A DNA stretch of 63,207 nucleotides, counting the filler, from Octopus bimaculoides (lineage: Eukaryota): assembly GCF_001194135.2 (NCBI RefSeq). It is 5 parts of 4 records of this genome, joined end to end, with 100 filler letters (N's around TTAATTAATTAA, not from the genome) between each part and the next. Parts side by side here need not be neighbours in the genome. Positions count along the whole stretch, not along the records: positions 42,036 to 61,156 come from NC_068981.1; positions 61,257 to 63,207 come from NW_026309160.1; 3 more parts are not named here. One strand, given 5' to 3'. Below the pieces are notes generated by a model. The model searched no databases. It was not told where the DNA came from and worked only from the letters and a program-made list of their open reading frames with translations. The position numbers were made by a program, and so were the translations under genes. Numbering within the stretch: position 1 is the first letter of the stretch; each line of letters starts with the position of its first letter. Below, in pieces: positions 61,101-63,207 of this stretch.

Positions 61101-62570
61101 TCTCATGTTCCCAGTATCCTGATTTATAGTAGAATTAAGGATTTCTAAGACGTAAGNNNNNNNNNNNNNNNNNNNNNNNNNNNNNNNNNNNNNNNNNNNN
61201 TTAATTAATTAANNNNNNNNNNNNNNNNNNNNNNNNNNNNNNNNNNNNNNNNNNNNCACTTTTTTAATGTTTTTTACTTAATTGATTTTTTGTTGCCAGT
61301 TAGTTTGTTTTGTGTGCTTGTTCATTGTGTGTACATCTATATAAAAACAAATACATGTATATGCACAATAAACATACATTCATGTGTATACATACATTTT
61401 GTATGTATATATGCACGTTTCTATATATCTATGTACATTATACATATATAGTCAAGCAATCAAAATGTTGTTTTTCTTACATTTTAAGTCTGTAATTGNN
61501 NNNNNNNNNNNNNNNNNNNNNNNNNNNNNNNNNNNNNNNNNNNNNNNNNNNNNNNNNNNNNNNNNNNNNNNNNNNNNNNNNNNNNNNNNNNNNNNNNNNN
61601 NNNNNNNNNNNNNNNNNNNNNNNNNNNNNNNNNNNNNNNNNNNNNNNNNNNNNNNNNNNNNNNNNNNNNNNNNNNNNNNNNNNNNNNNNNNNNNNNNNNN
61701 NNNNNNNNNNNNNNNNNNNNNNNNNNNNNNNNNNNNNNNNNNNNNNNNNNNNNNNNNNNNNNNNNNNNNNNNNNNNNNNNNNNNNNNNNNNNNNNNNNNN
61801 NNNNNNNNNNNNNNNNNNNNNNNNNNNNNNNNNNNNNNNNNNNNNNNNNNNNNNNNNNNNNNNNNNNNNNNNNNNNNNNNNNNNNNNNNNNNNNNNNNNN
61901 NNNNNNNNNNNNNNNNNNNNNNNNNNNNNNNNNNNNNNNNNNNNNNNNNNNNNNNNNNNNNNNNNNNNNNNNNNNNNNNNNNNNNNNNNNNNNNNNNNNN
62001 NNNNNNNNNNNNNNNNNNNNNNNNNNNNNNNNNNNNNNNNNNNNNNNNNNNNNNNNNNNNNNNNNNNNNNNNNNNNNNNNNNNNNNNNNNNNNNNNNNNN
62101 NNNNNNNNNNNNNNNNNNNNNNNNNNNNNNNNNNNNNGAGAAGGAATGACACTATTATATATGTATATATATAATGTTTCAATAAAGAGGAAAAAAACAA
62201 TATTCGGTATTATTTATACACCATTACACATATTTCATTTACTAAAAAATTTATATATTTAGAGACAGACAGAAGAATCCAATAAAGATAAGAAAACTCA
62301 ATTAAGTTTGTTCATCATTCTATCAATAAACAGAGAAAGAGCTAAATTTTTGCCTTGTTTATGTGTTCTACTATGAATATATATATAATAAATTGAACAA
62401 TTATAAATTCAATTTAAATATTTTATACAAACAAATGACACATGTCATAAATTACAGCTGTTTCATTAATAAATTAAATATGTAATGATACTTAAATATT
62501 GTATATATATGTATATCTATATCTATGTATAGATATAATAGAAAATTCAAAATGGTATTACATTTTGTTT

Positions 62571-62936
62571 TTTATCTTAGCAAAGGCGGAGGGTTATTGT
62601 TTTCAGTCGTGTTTGTTTGTTTGTCCATGGACGAGATATCTCAAGATCCGCTAGATGGATTCGAATGAAGCTTTTGGGGATGTTAGGCTTCATGACTGGC
62701 ACAAACTGATTAGATTTTGGGATCAATCTAGTATCGGACAAGGATTCTGGATTATTTTCCCATTTTTTTTTTTACTTAATTTTTGAGAATGATCGGATTC
62801 GTTTTCAGTATTCTCATTTGTGAGAGCAGTCAAGTTTATTTCAGATATTCTCATTTTAAAAATCATCTCCAGCTAATCGTTGACAGGGCATTGGCGTTGC
62901 CTCAGCAGAGGTTGGCATTCTTTGAATGCTCTTGTT
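62571..62936 (+). mobile_element. Non-autonomous Helentron-type (HINE-like) element
   Basis: 5' AAAGGCGGAGGGTTATTGTTTTC-(GTTT)n; 3' hairpin GCATTC-TTT-GAATGC at 62915-62929 then TCTTGTT; homologous to 30824-31188. Confidence 0.7.
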
Positions 62937-63027
62937 ATTATTATTATTATTATTACATTCAGTTTTATAGAAGCTAGACCGAACATGGCCGTCATGTATT
63001 AAAAGAGGAAAAAAAAGTGGCTCAGTA

Positions 63028-63150
63028 GTGGCTGTGTGGTAAGTAGCTTGCTTACCAACCACATGGTCCCGGGTTCAGTCCCACTGCGTGGCACCTTGGG
63101 TAAGTGTCTTCAACTATAGCCTCAGGCCGACCAAAGCCTTGTGAGTGGAA
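63028..63150 (+). mobile_element. SINE family A, 5' part
   Basis: GTGGCTGTGTGGTAAGTAGCTTGCTTACCAACCAC...CCAAAGCCTTGTGAGTGG. Confidence 0.92.
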
Positions 63151-63207
63151 GAAGCCCGTCGTTGGCCGTTGCCAGTACCGCCTGACTGGCCTTCGTGCGG
63201 GTGACTC

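Overview
AT-rich, microsatellite-dense eukaryotic DNA with many N gaps. The SINE families look like those I recall from octopus (coleoid cephalopod) genomes; this is recall, not a database match. Four identical 100-bp spacers (44 N + TTAATTAATTAA + 44 N) show the window is five separately assembled pieces: 1-28305, 28406-34545, 34646-41935, 42036-61156 and 61257-63207. I cannot confidently identify any host protein-coding gene, rRNA, true tRNA or CRISPR array. Almost all listed ORFs are microsatellite or N-gap artefacts. The recognisable content is mobile DNA: many tRNA-headed SINE copies; decayed mariner, Tc1 (DD36E spacing) and Chapaev3-like transposases; a Helitron helicase with an intact 3' terminus; RTE, R4-like and L1/Tx1-like LINE fragments; Merlin-, piggyBac- and Tigger-type MITEs; Helentron-type non-autonomous elements; a probable solo LTR; and Penelope-type repeats. 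Most interesting: (1) minimal hammerhead-ribozyme-like motifs in Penelope-type repeats, two of them in opposite arms of a ~300-bp foldback; (2) a strong CpG-decay (historical methylation) signature concentrated in piece 28406-34545; (3) three inverted SINE pairs that could form long dsRNA; (4) DD36E and Chapaev3 remnants that the ORF track misses or fragments. Coordinates of decayed repeats are approximate.
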